Positions 41,738-54,293 of a stretch of DNA of 64,000 nt are shown piece after piece. The DNA comes from an uncultured Chloroflexia bacterium (GTDB taxonomy: Bacteria > Chloroflexota > Dehalococcoidia > DSTF01 > JACRBR01). How positions within the stretch are numbered: the stretch's first letter is position 1; each line of letters starts with the position of its first letter. The notes beneath the pieces are model-generated. The model ran no database searches, was not told the DNA's origin, and was given only the letters and a program-made list of their open reading frames with translations. The stretch lies in assembly GCA_963736015.1 (NCBI GenBank), contig CAVTNG010000010.1, forward strand, positions 82,258 to 146,257. Reading direction: 5' to 3'. A program made the translations under genes and the position numbers.

Positions 41738-43240
41738 GACACCCCCGGCAGCAGTCGAACACTCTCCTGAATCCGGTCGACGAACGGCGCCGGAAACAGC
41801 CCCATCCACAACATGCCGGCGAGCAGCAGTACTGCCGTGCCGCGCTCGAGGTACGTCATCTCCTTCACGTCCGCGAATCGATCATCGACGGGCCCGAAAA
41901 AGGCCATGGACATCATCCGCAGGATGTACACCGCTGTCATCGCCGCCGCGAACACGCCGAGCGCGGCCGCCCAGGGGTAAGTCTGGAACGTCCCGACGAA
42001 GATGTTGAACTCCGCGACGAAGCCGGAAAGTCCCGGCAGCCCGAGCGACGCCAGCCCGGCGATGCCCATGAAGAAGACGAATAGCGGCATGCGGTTCACG
42101 AGCCCGCTGTACAGACGCATGTCACGGCTGTGCGTCTGGTCGTAGACCGCCCCCACCATTGCGAAGAAGGTCGCCGTCATGACGCCGTGCGCGAACATCT
42201 GCAACACGGCGCCGTTGATGCCGATCACGCTCATCGTCGCGAGCCCCATGAGAACGAGGCCCATATGGCTCACCGACGAGTACCCAATCATGTACTTGAA
42301 GTCGCGCTGCGCCGTTGCCGCGAAGGCGCCGTACACCACGTTGCAGGTCGCGAGGATCATCAGGCCCGGCATCCAGAACGTGGCGCCCTCGGGAAGAAGC
42401 TGGATACCCAGCCGGATGATGCCGAACGCCCCGAGCTTCATCAGCACGCCGGCGTGCAGCATCGAGACGGCCGTTGGCGCCGAGACGTGGCCGTCCGGGG
42501 ACCACGTGTGGAACGGCCACAGGCCCGCCAGCACCCCGCAGCCGATGACGAACAGAGGGAACACGAGCTTCTGGAAGTTCTCGTCGAACTGCGCGTTGTA
42601 CAGCGTCTGCAGGTCGAACGTGCCGGCTCCCGACTCGTGGAACACCGCGAAGATGCCCATGAAGATCAGGATCGAGGCCGCGACCAGCATGATCGTCAGC
42701 TTCATCGCGCTGTATTCCTTGGTGCGCGCGAACGTCTCAAATACGCTGCTCGATCCCCACACGGCGATGAGCAGGTACATCGGCAGCACCGCGACTTCGT
42801 AGAAGAAGAAGAAGAAGAAGAGGTCGAGCGACTCGAAGGTGCCGTACACGCCGGCCGACGAGCACCCAGAACAGCACGAAGAAGTCCTTGTTGTGGTGCT
42901 CGATCTTCCACGAGATCAGCGCCCCGCCGAAAGCCACCATGCCCGTGAGCAGGATCATCGGTGCCGCGATGCCATCGATGCCGAACGCGAGTGCGATCCC
43001 GTGAGGACCCAGGAACGCGACGTTCTGAAGCCAGTCCCAGCGGATGAAGAACTGGTAGCCGCCTCCCTTGTTCGTCTCATACGCGAAGAAGATGTAGACG
43101 GAGATCGCGAGCAGCGCGGCGCCCGACAGCGCGCTGATCCAGCGCACCGCGTTCTTCTGTCGGTCGGGCAGGCTGAGGATCAACACCGCGCTGAACAGTG
43201 GTATCGCCAGCGTCGAGATCAGCCAGTATCCCGAATGCAT
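41734..43240 (-). CDS. nuoM: NADH-quinone oxidoreductase subunit M (one frame change)
   Basis: FGIDGIAAPMILLT, YEVAVLPMYLLI, WPFHTWSPDGHVSAPTAVSMLHAGVLMKLG and KYMIGYSSVSHMG. Confidence 0.9.
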
Positions 43241-43246
43241 CGCGCC

Positions 43247-45152
<1,906 letters not shown>

Positions 45153-45207
45153 GTCATCCAGATTGAACCCGAAGATGGCTACTCCCCCTCTGCCAGCGTC
45201 GCTGCGC

Positions 45208-45534
45208 TCACCACTTGAGCGCGGCTAGCTCATCGACGTTTGACGTGCCCCGGTTGCGGAAGACGCGCAGCACGATCGCCAGCGCCAGCCCAACTTCCGC
45301 CGCTGCGATAGTGATCACGAAGATCGCGAAGATGATGCCGACAAAGAGCGACGGCGCGGTGTATACCGCGAACGCTACGAAGTTGATGCTCACCGCGTTC
45401 AGCATCAGCTCGACCGACATCAGGATGAGCACCGCGTTCCGCCGCGCCAGCACGCCGTAGACTCCGATCGAGAACAGCACCATGCTCAGCATGATGAAGT
45501 GCTCGAGCGGGACGTCCTGCGTGACTGTCTCCAT
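45208..45534 (-). CDS. nuoK: NADH-quinone oxidoreductase subunit K
   Basis: Intact 108 aa: [33 protein letters not shown]...[14 protein letters not shown]. Confidence 0.9.
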   Translation of the reverse strand: METVTQDVPLEHFIMLSMVLFSIGVYGVLARRNAVLILMSVELMLNAVSINFVAFAVYTAPSLFVGIIFAIFVITIAAAEVGLALAIVLRVFRNRGTSNVDELAALKW

Positions 45535-46031
45535 CAGCCTTCGCCGCCCTCTTCCTGCATCGCCAGTACCACCGCGCCCACGAGCGCCACAAGGAGCACG
45601 CCCGACGCGATCTCGAACGGCACCGCCCATCGGTTGAACAACGCGGTACCGATAGTTTCGAACGGGATCACCGTTAGCTCGCCCGGGTCGCGCGGCCAGG
45701 TCGTCTTGTACATCGCCGTCGTGAACGCGCCCAGCAGCGTCAGCGCAGCCAGCGCCGCAAACGGACGCTGGTCGCCGTCGAGCCGGTCCTTCAGGTCCGG
45801 GACCCGCGTCAGCATCAGCGCGAACAGGATCAGCACCGCGACAGCGCCGCCGTAGATGAGCACCTGCACGAGCGCCAGGAACTCGGCGGAAAGCAGGATG
45901 TAGACACCCGCCACGCCGATCAGCGACACGATGAGGAACAGCGCCGCATACACGACGTTGCGCACCAGCACGACGCCCAGCGCGCCCGCGATCACCGTCG
46001 CCGCCATGATGTCGAAGAAGACTTGCGTCAT
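45534..46031 (-). CDS. nuoJ: NADH-quinone oxidoreductase subunit J
   Basis: [48 protein letters not shown]. The ATG overlaps the nuoI stop (ATGA). Confidence 0.9.
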   Translation of the reverse strand: MTQVFFDIMAATVIAGALGVVLVRNVVYAALFLIVSLIGVAGVYILLSAEFLALVQVLIYGGAVAVLILFALMLTRVPDLKDRLDGDQRPFAALAALTLLGAFTTAMYKTTWPRDPGELTVIPFETIGTALFNRWAVPFEIASGVLLVALVGAVVLAMQEEGGEG

Positions 46032-46471
46032 GCGCGCAGGCCGGGTTCGACTTGCCCGGCTTTGGACTGCGCAAGGAGCTGGTCCAGGTCGATCACGAGC
46101 TTCGAACGGTCGTATCGCGACAGCTCGTGCCCGGCCCACGTATTGTTCATGCCGATCGCCTCGAAGTTGCATACTTCGACGCAGATATTGCAGCGCATGC
46201 ACCGACCGTAGTCGATCCAGAACTCATCGATGATCTTGCGGCGCTTGCTCTCGCCGGCCGCGTGCTTCGGGTTGTCCTTCATGACGACGGTCATGCACTC
46301 GACAGGGCAGGCGCGCTCGCAGGCATGGCAGCCTGTGCAGAACGGCTCGTCGTGCTCCTCGTCCCAGATCAGGATCGGGAAGGCGCGGTCGCGGTTCGGT
46401 ATCTCGCGGTGCACTTCCGGGTACTGGATCGTCACGGGCTTGCGAAAGATGACGCGCGCGGTCTGGGCCAT
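46028..46471 (-). CDS. nuoI: NADH-quinone oxidoreductase subunit I (2x[4Fe-4S])
   Basis: Intact 147 aa: [12 protein letters not shown] and [12 protein letters not shown]. Confidence 0.9.
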   Translation of the reverse strand: MAQTARVIFRKPVTIQYPEVHREIPNRDRAFPILIWDEEHDEPFCTGCHACERACPVECMTVVMKDNPKHAAGESKRRKIIDEFWIDYGRCMRCNICVEVCNFEAIGMNNTWAGHELSRYDRSKLVIDLDQLLAQSKAGQVEPGLRA

Positions 46472-46492
46472 GCTCTTCAGGATTCCCGAGCA

Positions 46493-47645
46493 TCAGACGG
46501 CACTCCTGGCTGTAGCCGCGGCCGGTCGCGACGGCACCATCCGCAGCGGTTCGCGCGGCGCGCCGCGCCTCACGGTCGCGTAGGCGAGCCACGCGAGCGC
46601 GATCGCGCCAGCTCCCGAGGTGATGAGCAGGGCCACGTCGGGCAGATCATAGACAATGACCAGACCGTTGAGGAAGATCTGCAGCAATGCAAACGGGATC
46701 AGCACTTTCCACGCGTACGACATCAGCTGGTCGGGCCGCATGCGCGGGAACGAGGCCCGCACCCACAGGAACAGCACGATGAAGAAGCTCATCTTCACGA
46801 GTGTCAGCAGCAGCTCATAACCCCAGCCCACGTCGGTACCGAATGGCCACTGCCAGCCCACCGAGGAAGACGAATGCCCCGAGCAGAGCGAAGACGTACA
46901 TGTTGACGTAAGACGTCAGCTGGAACATCGACCAGCGGATACCGCTGTACTCGATGAACACACCGCCCGCGACCTCTGACTCGCCCGTCGGGATGTCGAA
47001 CGGGGGCCGCTCGACTTCGGCGATCGCTGCCGTGAGGAAGATCAGAAACCCGAGCGGCTGCCAGACAATCAGTGGTACGTCGTCCTGGAAGAGGATGATG
47101 TTGTACACGTCGGCCGACGCCGTAATCATCACGACCCCCACGAGCGCGAGGATGAGCGGAATCTCGTACGAGATGAGCTGCGCGGCCGCGCGCATGCCGC
47201 CGAGTAGGGCGTACTTGCTGTCGCTGCCCCAGCCTGCCATCAGGAACCCGATGAACGACAGGCCCGAAACCGCCAGCAGATAGATCAGGCTCAATGGCAG
47301 CGAGCTGATGAGCCAGTCCGACGTGAACGGCACCGCGACGAACGCCAGGAATGCGGGGATGAAGATCGCGAACACGGCCAGCTCGAATGTCACGAAGTCC
47401 GCAGTCGCCGGCCGGAGATCTTCCTTTACCAGCAGTTTGAGCATGTCCGCGATTGGCTGCAGCAGCCCGAACGGCCCCGTGCGCGTAGGCCCGAGCCGGT
47501 ACTGCATGCGCGCGACGATCTTGCGCTCGTACCACGTCGCGTAGGCGACGGCGACGGTCATCAGGAGCGTGATCGCGATCAGCGCGACGAGTGCGCTCAC
47601 GAACGGCTGGTCGATCTCGATAGATGGCGCGGAAAGCAGCATCAT
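46493..47645 (-). CDS. nuoH: NADH-quinone oxidoreductase subunit H (one frame change)
   Basis: YERKIVARMQYRLGPTRTGPFGLLQPIADMLKL, GWGSDSKYALLGGMRAAAQLISYEIP, AEVERPPFDIPTGESE and RASFPRMRPDQLM. Confidence 0.9.
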
Positions 47646-47649
47646 GCTC

Positions 47650-48780
47650 CTACCTGTCCACGTCGCAAAGCACGATGTCCATCGATCCGAGGATCACGAC
47701 GGCATCCGCGAGGAACTGCCCGATCGTCATCTCCCGTAGCGACGAGAGGTTGCAGAACGAGGGCGAGCGCATGTGCAGCCGGTACGGCTTGTCGCCGCCC
47801 TTCGACACCAGGTACACGCCCCACTCGCCCCGAGGCGCCTCGACACGCGCGTAGACCTCGCCAGGCGGCGTGCGCAGGCGTCGTGGCATCTTCTCCGGCA
47901 CGATCGGCCCTTCTGCCGGGAGTTGCTCGATCGCCTGCTCGACGATCTTCACCGACTGGCGCATCTCCTCGAGCCGCACAAGGTAGCGGTCGTACACGTC
48001 GCCGTAGTTGCCGACCGGGATTTCGAAGCTGAGGCGGTCGTACACGGAGTACGGCTCGTCCTTGCGCAGATCCCACGGCACGCCTGAGGCGCGCAACATC
48101 GGCCCGCTGAGCCCGTATGCGACCGCCTGCTCAGCGCTGAAGTTACCGATGTTCTGGCACCGCGCCATGAAGATCTCGTTCTTCGTCATCAGCTCGTCGA
48201 GATCTCGGATGCCCTGCTGCGTGTGCTTCAGCACCTCGTGACAGCGCTCGACGAAGTTGTCCGTGACTTCCCACGCTAGGCCGCCGACGCGGAAGTAGGC
48301 GTACATCAGCCGGTCGCCCGACACCTCTTCGAACAGCTCTTGCAGGAACTCTCGCTGCGGGAACGCGTAGGTGAAGCTCGTCCCGAACAACCCTGCATCG
48401 ATGCCAAACGCGCCCATGAACATGAAGTGGCTGCTCAGGCGATTCAGCTCCGTCAGGATCGACGCGGATGTACTGCGCGCGATCCGGCACCTCAATGTCC
48501 ATCAACCGTTCGACCGCCATGCAGTAGCACAGCTCCGCGCTGAACTGCGCAAGGTACTCCGTGCGGTCCGCATAGCCGATGCCCTGGCGGAAGTCCATCG
48601 CCTCCATCAGCTTCTCGCCGCCCCGGTGCATGTAGCCGATGTGCGGGACACGTCGACGATCTTCTCGCCATCGATGACCAGCACCATGCGAAAGACCCCG
48701 TGCGTACTGGGGTGCTGCGGCCCCATGTTGATGGGCATGTCGATGACTTCGAGGGCGGGGTCGACGTAATCAGTGGTCAT
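47650..48780 (-). CDS. nuoD: NADH-quinone oxidoreductase subunit D (frameshifted as given)
   Basis: [44 protein letters not shown] and IVLCDVDR (C-terminus). It is followed directly by nuoH, not nuoE. Confidence 0.9.
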
Positions 48781-48784
48781 CGCG

Positions 48785-49627
48785 TTACTCTTCGTCTCCG
48801 TCGCCCGCGCCTTCGCGGAGGTTGGAGCCCTGCCACTCCTCGATCTCCTGCAGCGGGTTGTCCTTGCGGAGCGGGAAGTGGTCGGTCATGTCCTCCGGCA
48901 GCAGCAGCGGCACCAGGTTCGGGTGGCCCTCGAAGTTGATGCCGAACATGTCGCGCGTCTCGCGTTCGTGCCAGTCCGCCGCCGGGTAGATGGCCGCCAC
49001 GCTCGGCACCGTCGCATCGTCATAGGCGACGCGCGTCTTCACCGTGAGGTGGTGGCCCTTGTTCAACGAAGCGAGGTGGTACACGACCTCCAGCCCTTCG
49101 TCCTGCCAGTCCACGCCTGTGAGCGTCCTCAGGAATTTGAGATCGAGCCGTTCATCGTCGCGGGCGGCCGTCATCACGGCCGGGATGTCGTCGCGGCTTA
49201 CCTCGACGGCGACGGACTCGCCCGTCCCGTCCGGAATGACGTATGCCTTCATCTCGATGCCCGGCGCCGCGGCCGCGAGCAGTTCGTTGATGCTGCCGGC
49301 CGGCGGCGCGACCCGCGGCGCCTCCTTCGGTTCCGCCTCGCGGGCGGGCCGCGCCGGGCGCTCGGCGGCGGGCTTCGCGGCCGGCGCAGCGGCGGCCGGC
49401 TTCGATTCCTCCGCGGGCGGCGTCCCCGTCTGCGACGCCGTGGCGTCGCTCGCGACTTTTTCCTCCGTCGGCTTGGGGGCTTCCGGCGCGCTCGCCGCTG
49501 TCGGCTCCTGCGAAGGGACCGTCACGGCGTCCGGCACGTCGCCCGTCGGCTGTGCCTGCTTGGCGCCGGGATCATCCGGCGAGGAACCGGCGTCCTGCGG
49601 GGCGTCCTGACCATCCGAGAGCGTCAT
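48785..49627 (-). CDS. nuoC: NADH-quinone oxidoreductase subunit C with about 110-aa Pro/Ala/Glu-rich N-terminal extension
   Basis: Core [44 protein letters not shown] and LLLPED. The ATG abuts the nuoB stop (TAGATG). The extension keeps high third-position G+C. Confidence 0.85.
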   Translation of the reverse strand: MTLSDGQDAPQDAGSSPDDPGAKQAQPTGDVPDAVTVPSQEPTAASAPEAPKPTEEKVASDATASQTGTPPAEESKPAAAAPAAKPAAERPARPAREAEPKEAPRVAPPAGSINELLAAAAPGIEMKAYVIPDGTGESVAVEVSRDDIPAVMTAARDDERLDLKFLRTLTGVDWQDEGLEVVYHLASLNKGHHLTVKTRVAYDDATVPSVAAIYPAADWHERETRDMFGINFEGHPNLVPLLLPEDMTDHFPLRKDNPLQEIEEWQGSNLREGAGDGDEE

Positions 49628-50254
49628 CTACTTGCCGCGCTCTTCCATGATCTTCTGTTGAAGCGCGATCATGCCGTCGAGCAGCGCCTCCGGACGTGGC
49701 GGGCATCCCGGGACATACACGTCGACCGGGATGATCTTGTCGACGCCCTGCATCACGCGGTCGTAGCGCGAGTACGGTCCGCCGTTCGTGGCGCAGGCGC
49801 CCATCGAGATCACCCACTTCGGATTCGGCATCTGCTCGTAGAGCAGCTTTACGGCCGGGGCCATCTTCTTCGTCACCGTCCCGGACACGATCATCACGTC
49901 TGACTGGCGCGGCGACGGCCACGGCACGATGCCGAAGCGGTCGAGGTCGTGCCGCGACATGAACGTCGCGATCATCTCGATGGCGCAGCAGGCGAGGCCG
50001 AACGTCATCGGCCAGAGCGAGGACTTCCTCGAGAGCGCGAGCACTGCGTCCGCCGGCACCTGCAGGATTCCCGGCAGGATCTGCCGGTAGAGCGCGGTGC
50101 CCGGCGCGTACACCGCCGGGGTGAGCCGCTCCGCCTCGCGCTCGACGCCGGTCTTCTCGCGCTCGGGCGCGACGACGGGCGCCCCTTCGACGACGCGCTC
50201 TGTGTCGGGTGCGGTCGTTGTCTCGGCGCGCGCGCCGGTCACTGCTTGTTCCAT
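49628..50254 (-). CDS. nuoB: NADH-quinone oxidoreductase subunit B (with about 55-aa N-terminal extension)
   Basis: [42 protein letters not shown] and [11 protein letters not shown]. Confidence 0.9.
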   Translation of the reverse strand: MEQAVTGARAETTTAPDTERVVEGAPVVAPEREKTGVEREAERLTPAVYAPGTALYRQILPGILQVPADAVLALSRKSSLWPMTFGLACCAIEMIATFMSRHDLDRFGIVPWPSPRQSDVMIVSGTVTKKMAPAVKLLYEQMPNPKWVISMGACATNGGPYSRYDRVMQGVDKIIPVDVYVPGCPPRPEALLDGMIALQQKIMEERGK

Positions 50255-50643
50255 TGCAGCACCCCCTTCTTCCAGGCGTACCCCAGTCCGGCGGCGAGGA
50301 TGGCGATGAAGACCACCATCTCCCAGAATGCGGTCTTGCCCGCGGCGCCGAACGTGGCCGCCCAGGGGAACAGGAAGACGGCCTCGACATCGAAGATCAC
50401 GAACAGAATGGCGAAGATGTAGTACCGGATGTGGAATTGCGCTCGGGTGCTCCCGATCGGCAGCATCCCACACTCGTACGAGGTCGTCTTGCCTGCCTCC
50501 TTCGAGAATGGGGCGAGCACTCTCGCCGCAATCAGCGCCGTTGCTACGAGGAAGAACCCGATGATCGCCGCGAGGAAGACGGCGAGATAGTTGTCGAGGA
50601 GAGTCTGGAACGGCAAAGCGATCCTCTCCCGCCCGGACGGCAT
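50239..50643 (-). CDS. nuoA: NADH-quinone oxidoreductase subunit A
   Basis: [32 protein letters not shown]. The start is uncertain (50643 or 50706). Confidence 0.85.
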   Translation of the reverse strand: MPSGRERIALPFQTLLDNYLAVFLAAIIGFFLVATALIAARVLAPFSKEAGKTTSYECGMLPIGSTRAQFHIRYYIFAILFVIFDVEAVFLFPWAATFGAAGKTAFWEMVVFIAILAAGLGYAWKKGVLQWNKQ

Positions 50644-50947
50644 TGCGCGTTTGAAGCGCGTGCCCAGGTTCGAGGGGATCGTATCAGCGGCCCACTTGTA
50701 GGTCAATTCACAATCGGTCGTGCCGAACTAACCGGTGGCCGCACGTCGCCGCAGTGCAACGATCAAGGAGGGCCGGGTCGAAGCGCCCTTCGAGCGCCTG
50801 GCATAACAGAGCCGCGTGGCCGAAATCATGCACGCCGATATCATCGAGGGTACGGAACACCCGGCGCGACACGCTGCATCCGGATACGGCTGCCCGCCGT
50901 CGTCGCCGAGACTCGGCCAACGCCGCGAGCATGAGGACGCCGCGAGC

Positions 50948-51504
50948 ATGAGCGAATCCGAGGACGCTGGAGGTGTGCGGCAGCCACGGAAGGCGCTCGT
51001 CGTGGTCAACACAGGCAACGGCAAGGGCAAGACCACGGCTGCGCTGGGCGTGCTGTTTCGCGCCTGGGGACGCGGCTATCAACGTCTGCATGCTCCAGTT
51101 CATCAAGAGCACGACCTCCAACTACGGCGAGAACAGGGCCGCGAAGAAGGCCGGCATCGAGATCATCTCTCTCGGTGGCGGCTTTACCTGGCTGTCGAAA
51201 GACATCGAGAAGGACAAGGCGCTCGCCCGCGATCTCTGGGAGCAGTGCAAGGCGAAGATATCCTCCGGCGATTACGACGTCGTCGCACTCGACGAGTTCA
51301 CGTACCCGCTCGCCTACGGCTGGCTGCCAACACAGGAAGTCGATCGAGTTCCTGAAGACGCGCCCCGAGCGCACGCACGTCATCATCACCGGTCGCGACG
51401 CACCGCAGGAGCTCATCGACTACGCCGACCTCGTGACGGAGATGCGCGAGATAAAACATCCGTTCCAGCACGGGCTGAAGGCGCAGCCCGGAATCGAGTT
51501 CTGA
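50948..51504 (+). CDS. cobO: Cob(I)yrinic acid a,c-diamide / corrinoid adenosyltransferase (CobO/BtuR type) (two frame changes)
   Basis: [64 protein letters not shown] and KHPF. Confidence 0.8.
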
Positions 51505-51708
51505 TGACGTCCGAGCGGCAGCCGCGCGCGCGAACCGCGCGCGGCAACCGCGGCATGCTGCGGACGAACGTTCCCGCGCCCGGTCGCGCGCTCGGATATC
51601 TCAGGAACAGCTCTAGGCCGGCGTCCGTGATGAAGCCCTGCCCTCGCTGCGCCCTCGCGTGATCGCCATCGCGCCTGCCGACCACGGGGTCCCCCGGGGA
51701 CTCCATCC

Positions 51709-52455
51709 GTGATCCCGATTTTCGACAGCGTGCGGGCGCGGACCTTCCCGTACGTCAACGTCACGATCATCGCCATCAATTTCCTGGTCTTCTTCTACGA
51801 ACTTGCGCTCAACCAGCAGGCGGTTACCCGCACCCTGACCGAGCTCGATGTCTTCATTTCGCACTGGGGCAACGTTCCCGCCTGCACGCTCGCCGAGCTG
51901 GGCCGCCACACGACACTGGCCGCGGATCGCGCGTGCCGCGCGCAGCCGAACCCGCTGTGGACGCCGCTCACGGCGATGTTCATCCACGGCGGCTGGTTGC
52001 ACATCATCGGCAACATGCTGTTTCTCTTCATCTTTGGCGACAACGTCGAAGACGCCATGGGCCACGCACGCTACCTCGTCTTCTACCTGCTCGTAGGTCT
52101 CATCGCCGCATTCACTCAGATGGCTGTCGATCCCGACAGCCTCACGCCTGCCATCGGGGCGAGCGGCGCCATTGCCGGCGTCCTCGGTGCGTACCTTCTG
52201 CTGTTTCCACGCGCGACCGTCGCGGTGTCAATGGTCTTCCTGTTCTTCATCCCGCTCCCCGTGCCAGCCTGGTTCCTGATCGGTCTCTGGTTCGTCAGCC
52301 AGCTCTTCACCGGCTTCGCGAGCTTCGGGAGCCACACCGTCGGCGCCGGAGGCGGCGTCGCCTACTTCGCGCATATCGGCGGCTTTGTTGCCGGCGTGTG
52401 CTTGGTCAACCTGTTCGTCCTCGGCCGCCCCCCCAGGCGGTCAGTGGCGCGGTGA
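51709..52455 (+). CDS. Rhomboid-family intramembrane serine protease
   Basis: FIHGGWLHIIGNMLFLFIFG, catalytic GASGAIAGVLGAY, and downstream AHIGGF. Confidence 0.85.
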   Translation: MIPIFDSVRARTFPYVNVTIIAINFLVFFYELALNQQAVTRTLTELDVFISHWGNVPACTLAELGRHTTLAADRACRAQPNPLWTPLTAMFIHGGWLHIIGNMLFLFIFGDNVEDAMGHARYLVFYLLVGLIAAFTQMAVDPDSLTPAIGASGAIAGVLGAYLLLFPRATVAVSMVFLFFIPLPVPAWFLIGLWFVSQLFTGFASFGSHTVGAGGGVAYFAHIGGFVAGVCLVNLFVLGRPPRRSVAR

Positions 52456-52466
52456 CGGGGCGAACA

Positions 52467-52496
52467 TTGACGTGTACGTAAACGTAGCGGTACGAT
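52467..52496 (+). promoter_or_regulatory. Candidate promoter TTGACG-18 nt-TACGAT with internal palindrome TACGT-AA-ACGTA; the -10 ends 7 nt before the merR-like ATG (leaderless transcript predicted)
   Basis: Hexamers and palindrome (52475-52486) read directly. ATG at 52504 with no room for an SD. Confidence 0.4.
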
Positions 52497-52503
52497 CAGA
52501 GGG

Positions 52504-53001
52504 ATGACCCATCGGCGCAACGGCCTGCCCCATACCATCGAACCCGAGTCGAACGACGCCTACCTGCAAATCGGCGAGGTTGCCGATCGCACCGGTGTCA
52601 CCCAGCGCACGCTGCGCTTCTACGAAGAGAAGGGTCTGCTCAAGCCGCCGTCACGCCTCGACGGTGGCTTCCGTCTCTACTCTGAGGACGACGTACGCCG
52701 CGTCGAGCAGATCAAGCGCCTGCAGTCGCTGCTCGGCCTCACGCTGGCCGACATCAAGGAAATGGTCGAGGCGGAAGAGATCAAGATGCAGCTACGCGCC
52801 GAGTACCGGCGCGACGCCGAGGTCTCCGAGCGCAAGGCGAAGATCAGCCGCGCGATCGAGGTCACCGAAGGCCAGGTCGCCGTTATCGACCAGAAGCTCG
52901 CGGCGCTCCAGGAGATGAAGGAGCACCTCGAACAGAAACTCACCCAGTATCACGGCTGGCTCGCCCAGCTCGATGAGCAAGCTGCCGCCGCTTCTCGCTA
53001 G
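52504..53001 (+). CDS. MerR-family transcriptional regulator
   Basis: YLQIGEVADRTGVTQRTLRFYEEKGLLKPPSRLDGGFRLYSEDDVRRVEQIKRLQSLLGLTLADI plus a long coiled-coil. Confidence 0.85.
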   Translation: MTHRRNGLPHTIEPESNDAYLQIGEVADRTGVTQRTLRFYEEKGLLKPPSRLDGGFRLYSEDDVRRVEQIKRLQSLLGLTLADIKEMVEAEEIKMQLRAEYRRDAEVSERKAKISRAIEVTEGQVAVIDQKLAALQEMKEHLEQKLTQYHGWLAQLDEQAAAASR

Positions 53002-53339
53002 GAGAGGGGCGCTCGTCCGTTCGTCCCGCTCTCGTCTTCGTCCTCACCCTCGTCGTCTTCCTCATCCTCGGAATAGACACCGGCGGCTGAGCCGCGCCAC
53101 ACCGTGACTACGAAGTCCTCGCGGCCAGGCTCGGCCGGTAGCACGAGCCGTTGGTCGATGTCGGCGATCAGGTCGTGGATGTCGTCCTCGTCGTACTCGG
53201 TGGGCACGCACAGCGTCGCGTAGGCGGCACCAGAACTGAAGTGCAGGTCCACCCGCCCGATGATGTCGCCCTCGTCCTCGATGGTGTAGACCTCCGAGTG
53301 CGGCGTCCGCGACTCCCGCGCGTACTGGTAATCCGCCAC
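52998..53339 (-). CDS. Hypothetical acidic protein (113 aa)
   Basis: Intact ORF with a poly-acidic tail EDEEDDEGEDEDE. Its stop codon shares the palindrome CTAG with the convergent merR-like stop. Confidence 0.4.
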   Translation of the reverse strand: MADYQYARESRTPHSEVYTIEDEGDIIGRVDLHFSSGAAYATLCVPTEYDEDDIHDLIADIDQRLVLPAEPGREDFVVTVWRGSAAGVYSEDEEDDEGEDEDESGTNGRAPLS

Positions 53340-53476
53340 CTATCCTCCTGTGGTCGCCGGCGGCCATTCTTGCCGCGCCCAGTCCGTAGCATCGCCGCCG
53401 TTCGCGCCTGTGTCCACCGCCGGTGGATCGAGCACTACCCCTCACCTACAATCGAGGCCGTACGAAGGGAGCACGC

Positions 53477-54292
53477 ATGACGCTGGAGAAGCTCCGGCTC
53501 GATGGCCGCGTTGCCATCGTCACGGGCGCGGGCCGCGGTCTCGGCCGACAGATGGCGCTTGCGCTCGCCGACGCCGGCGCCGATGTCGTCTGCGCCGCCC
53601 GCACCGCGCAGCAGATCGACCGTACCGCAGAGGATGTGCGCGCGCTCGGTCGGCGCGCCGTCAGCCAATCCACCGATGTCCGCGATTCCGCGCAGTGCGA
53701 CGCGCTCGTGCGGCGCGCTGTCGATGAGTTCGGCAGACTCGACATCATGCTCTCGAATGCCGGCATCGGCGACATGCGCGGAGCGAACGCGGAACTATGG
53801 GACGTGGACGACGACGACTGGCATGACACGCTCGATGTGAACCTCTCGAGCGCCTTCTACTGCGCCCGCTCGGCTTCGAAGCAGATGGTCGAGCAGGGCC
53901 ACGGCGGCACCATCATCAACGTCGCCTCAGGCACCGCCACGCGCGCATACCCGATGAGCTTCGGCTACGGCGCCGCGAAGGCCGGCGTTATCGCCCTTAC
54001 GAAGTCGCTGTCGGCCATGCTGGTGAAGCACAACATCAGGGTGAACTGCATCATCCCCGGTTTCGTCCGTCAGGGCCCCGCCCGCAACGAACAGGAGGAG
54101 ATCTTCGCGCAGACGCGCGGCCGTTACTTGCCGGCGCAGCGCCTGGGCGCCGCGTGGGAGCTGGGACCGCTCGCTATCTTCCTGGCGTCGGACGCCTCGA
54201 GCTATGTGACCGGCCAGGGCTTCGTCATCGACGGCGGTGGCCTTGCGGGCGGCCTCGCGCCGATGGGCTTCGCGCCCGAGGTCGAGGTCTAA
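53477..54292 (+). CDS. SDR-family oxidoreductase (classical; Tyr-x3-Lys present)
   Basis: VTGAGRGLG, NAGI, NVASG and YGAAKAG. Confidence 0.85.
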   Translation: MTLEKLRLDGRVAIVTGAGRGLGRQMALALADAGADVVCAARTAQQIDRTAEDVRALGRRAVSQSTDVRDSAQCDALVRRAVDEFGRLDIMLSNAGIGDMRGANAELWDVDDDDWHDTLDVNLSSAFYCARSASKQMVEQGHGGTIINVASGTATRAYPMSFGYGAAKAGVIALTKSLSAMLVKHNIRVNCIIPGFVRQGPARNEQEEIFAQTRGRYLPAQRLGAAWELGPLAIFLASDASSYVTGQGFVIDGGGLAGGLAPMGFAPEVEV

Positions 54293-54293
54293 C

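Noticed and set aside
50644-50947. Possible cobalamin riboswitch upstream of cobO (also checked upstream of the mutase at 4199-4320)
   Set aside because: I could not find a B12-box (AGxCxGGxAGACCxGCC-like) or the GCCACTG core on either strand. The closest string, GCCGCAGTG at about 50745, differs in the key positions. A covariance-model scan would be decisive, but nothing supports it by eye.
51505-51708. The palindrome GTCCCCGGGGAC and small ORFs between cobO and the rhomboid gene as a regulatory RNA or peptide
   Set aside because: The palindrome has no loop and no flanking T-tract or promoter hexamers. The ORFs are very short and lack an SD.
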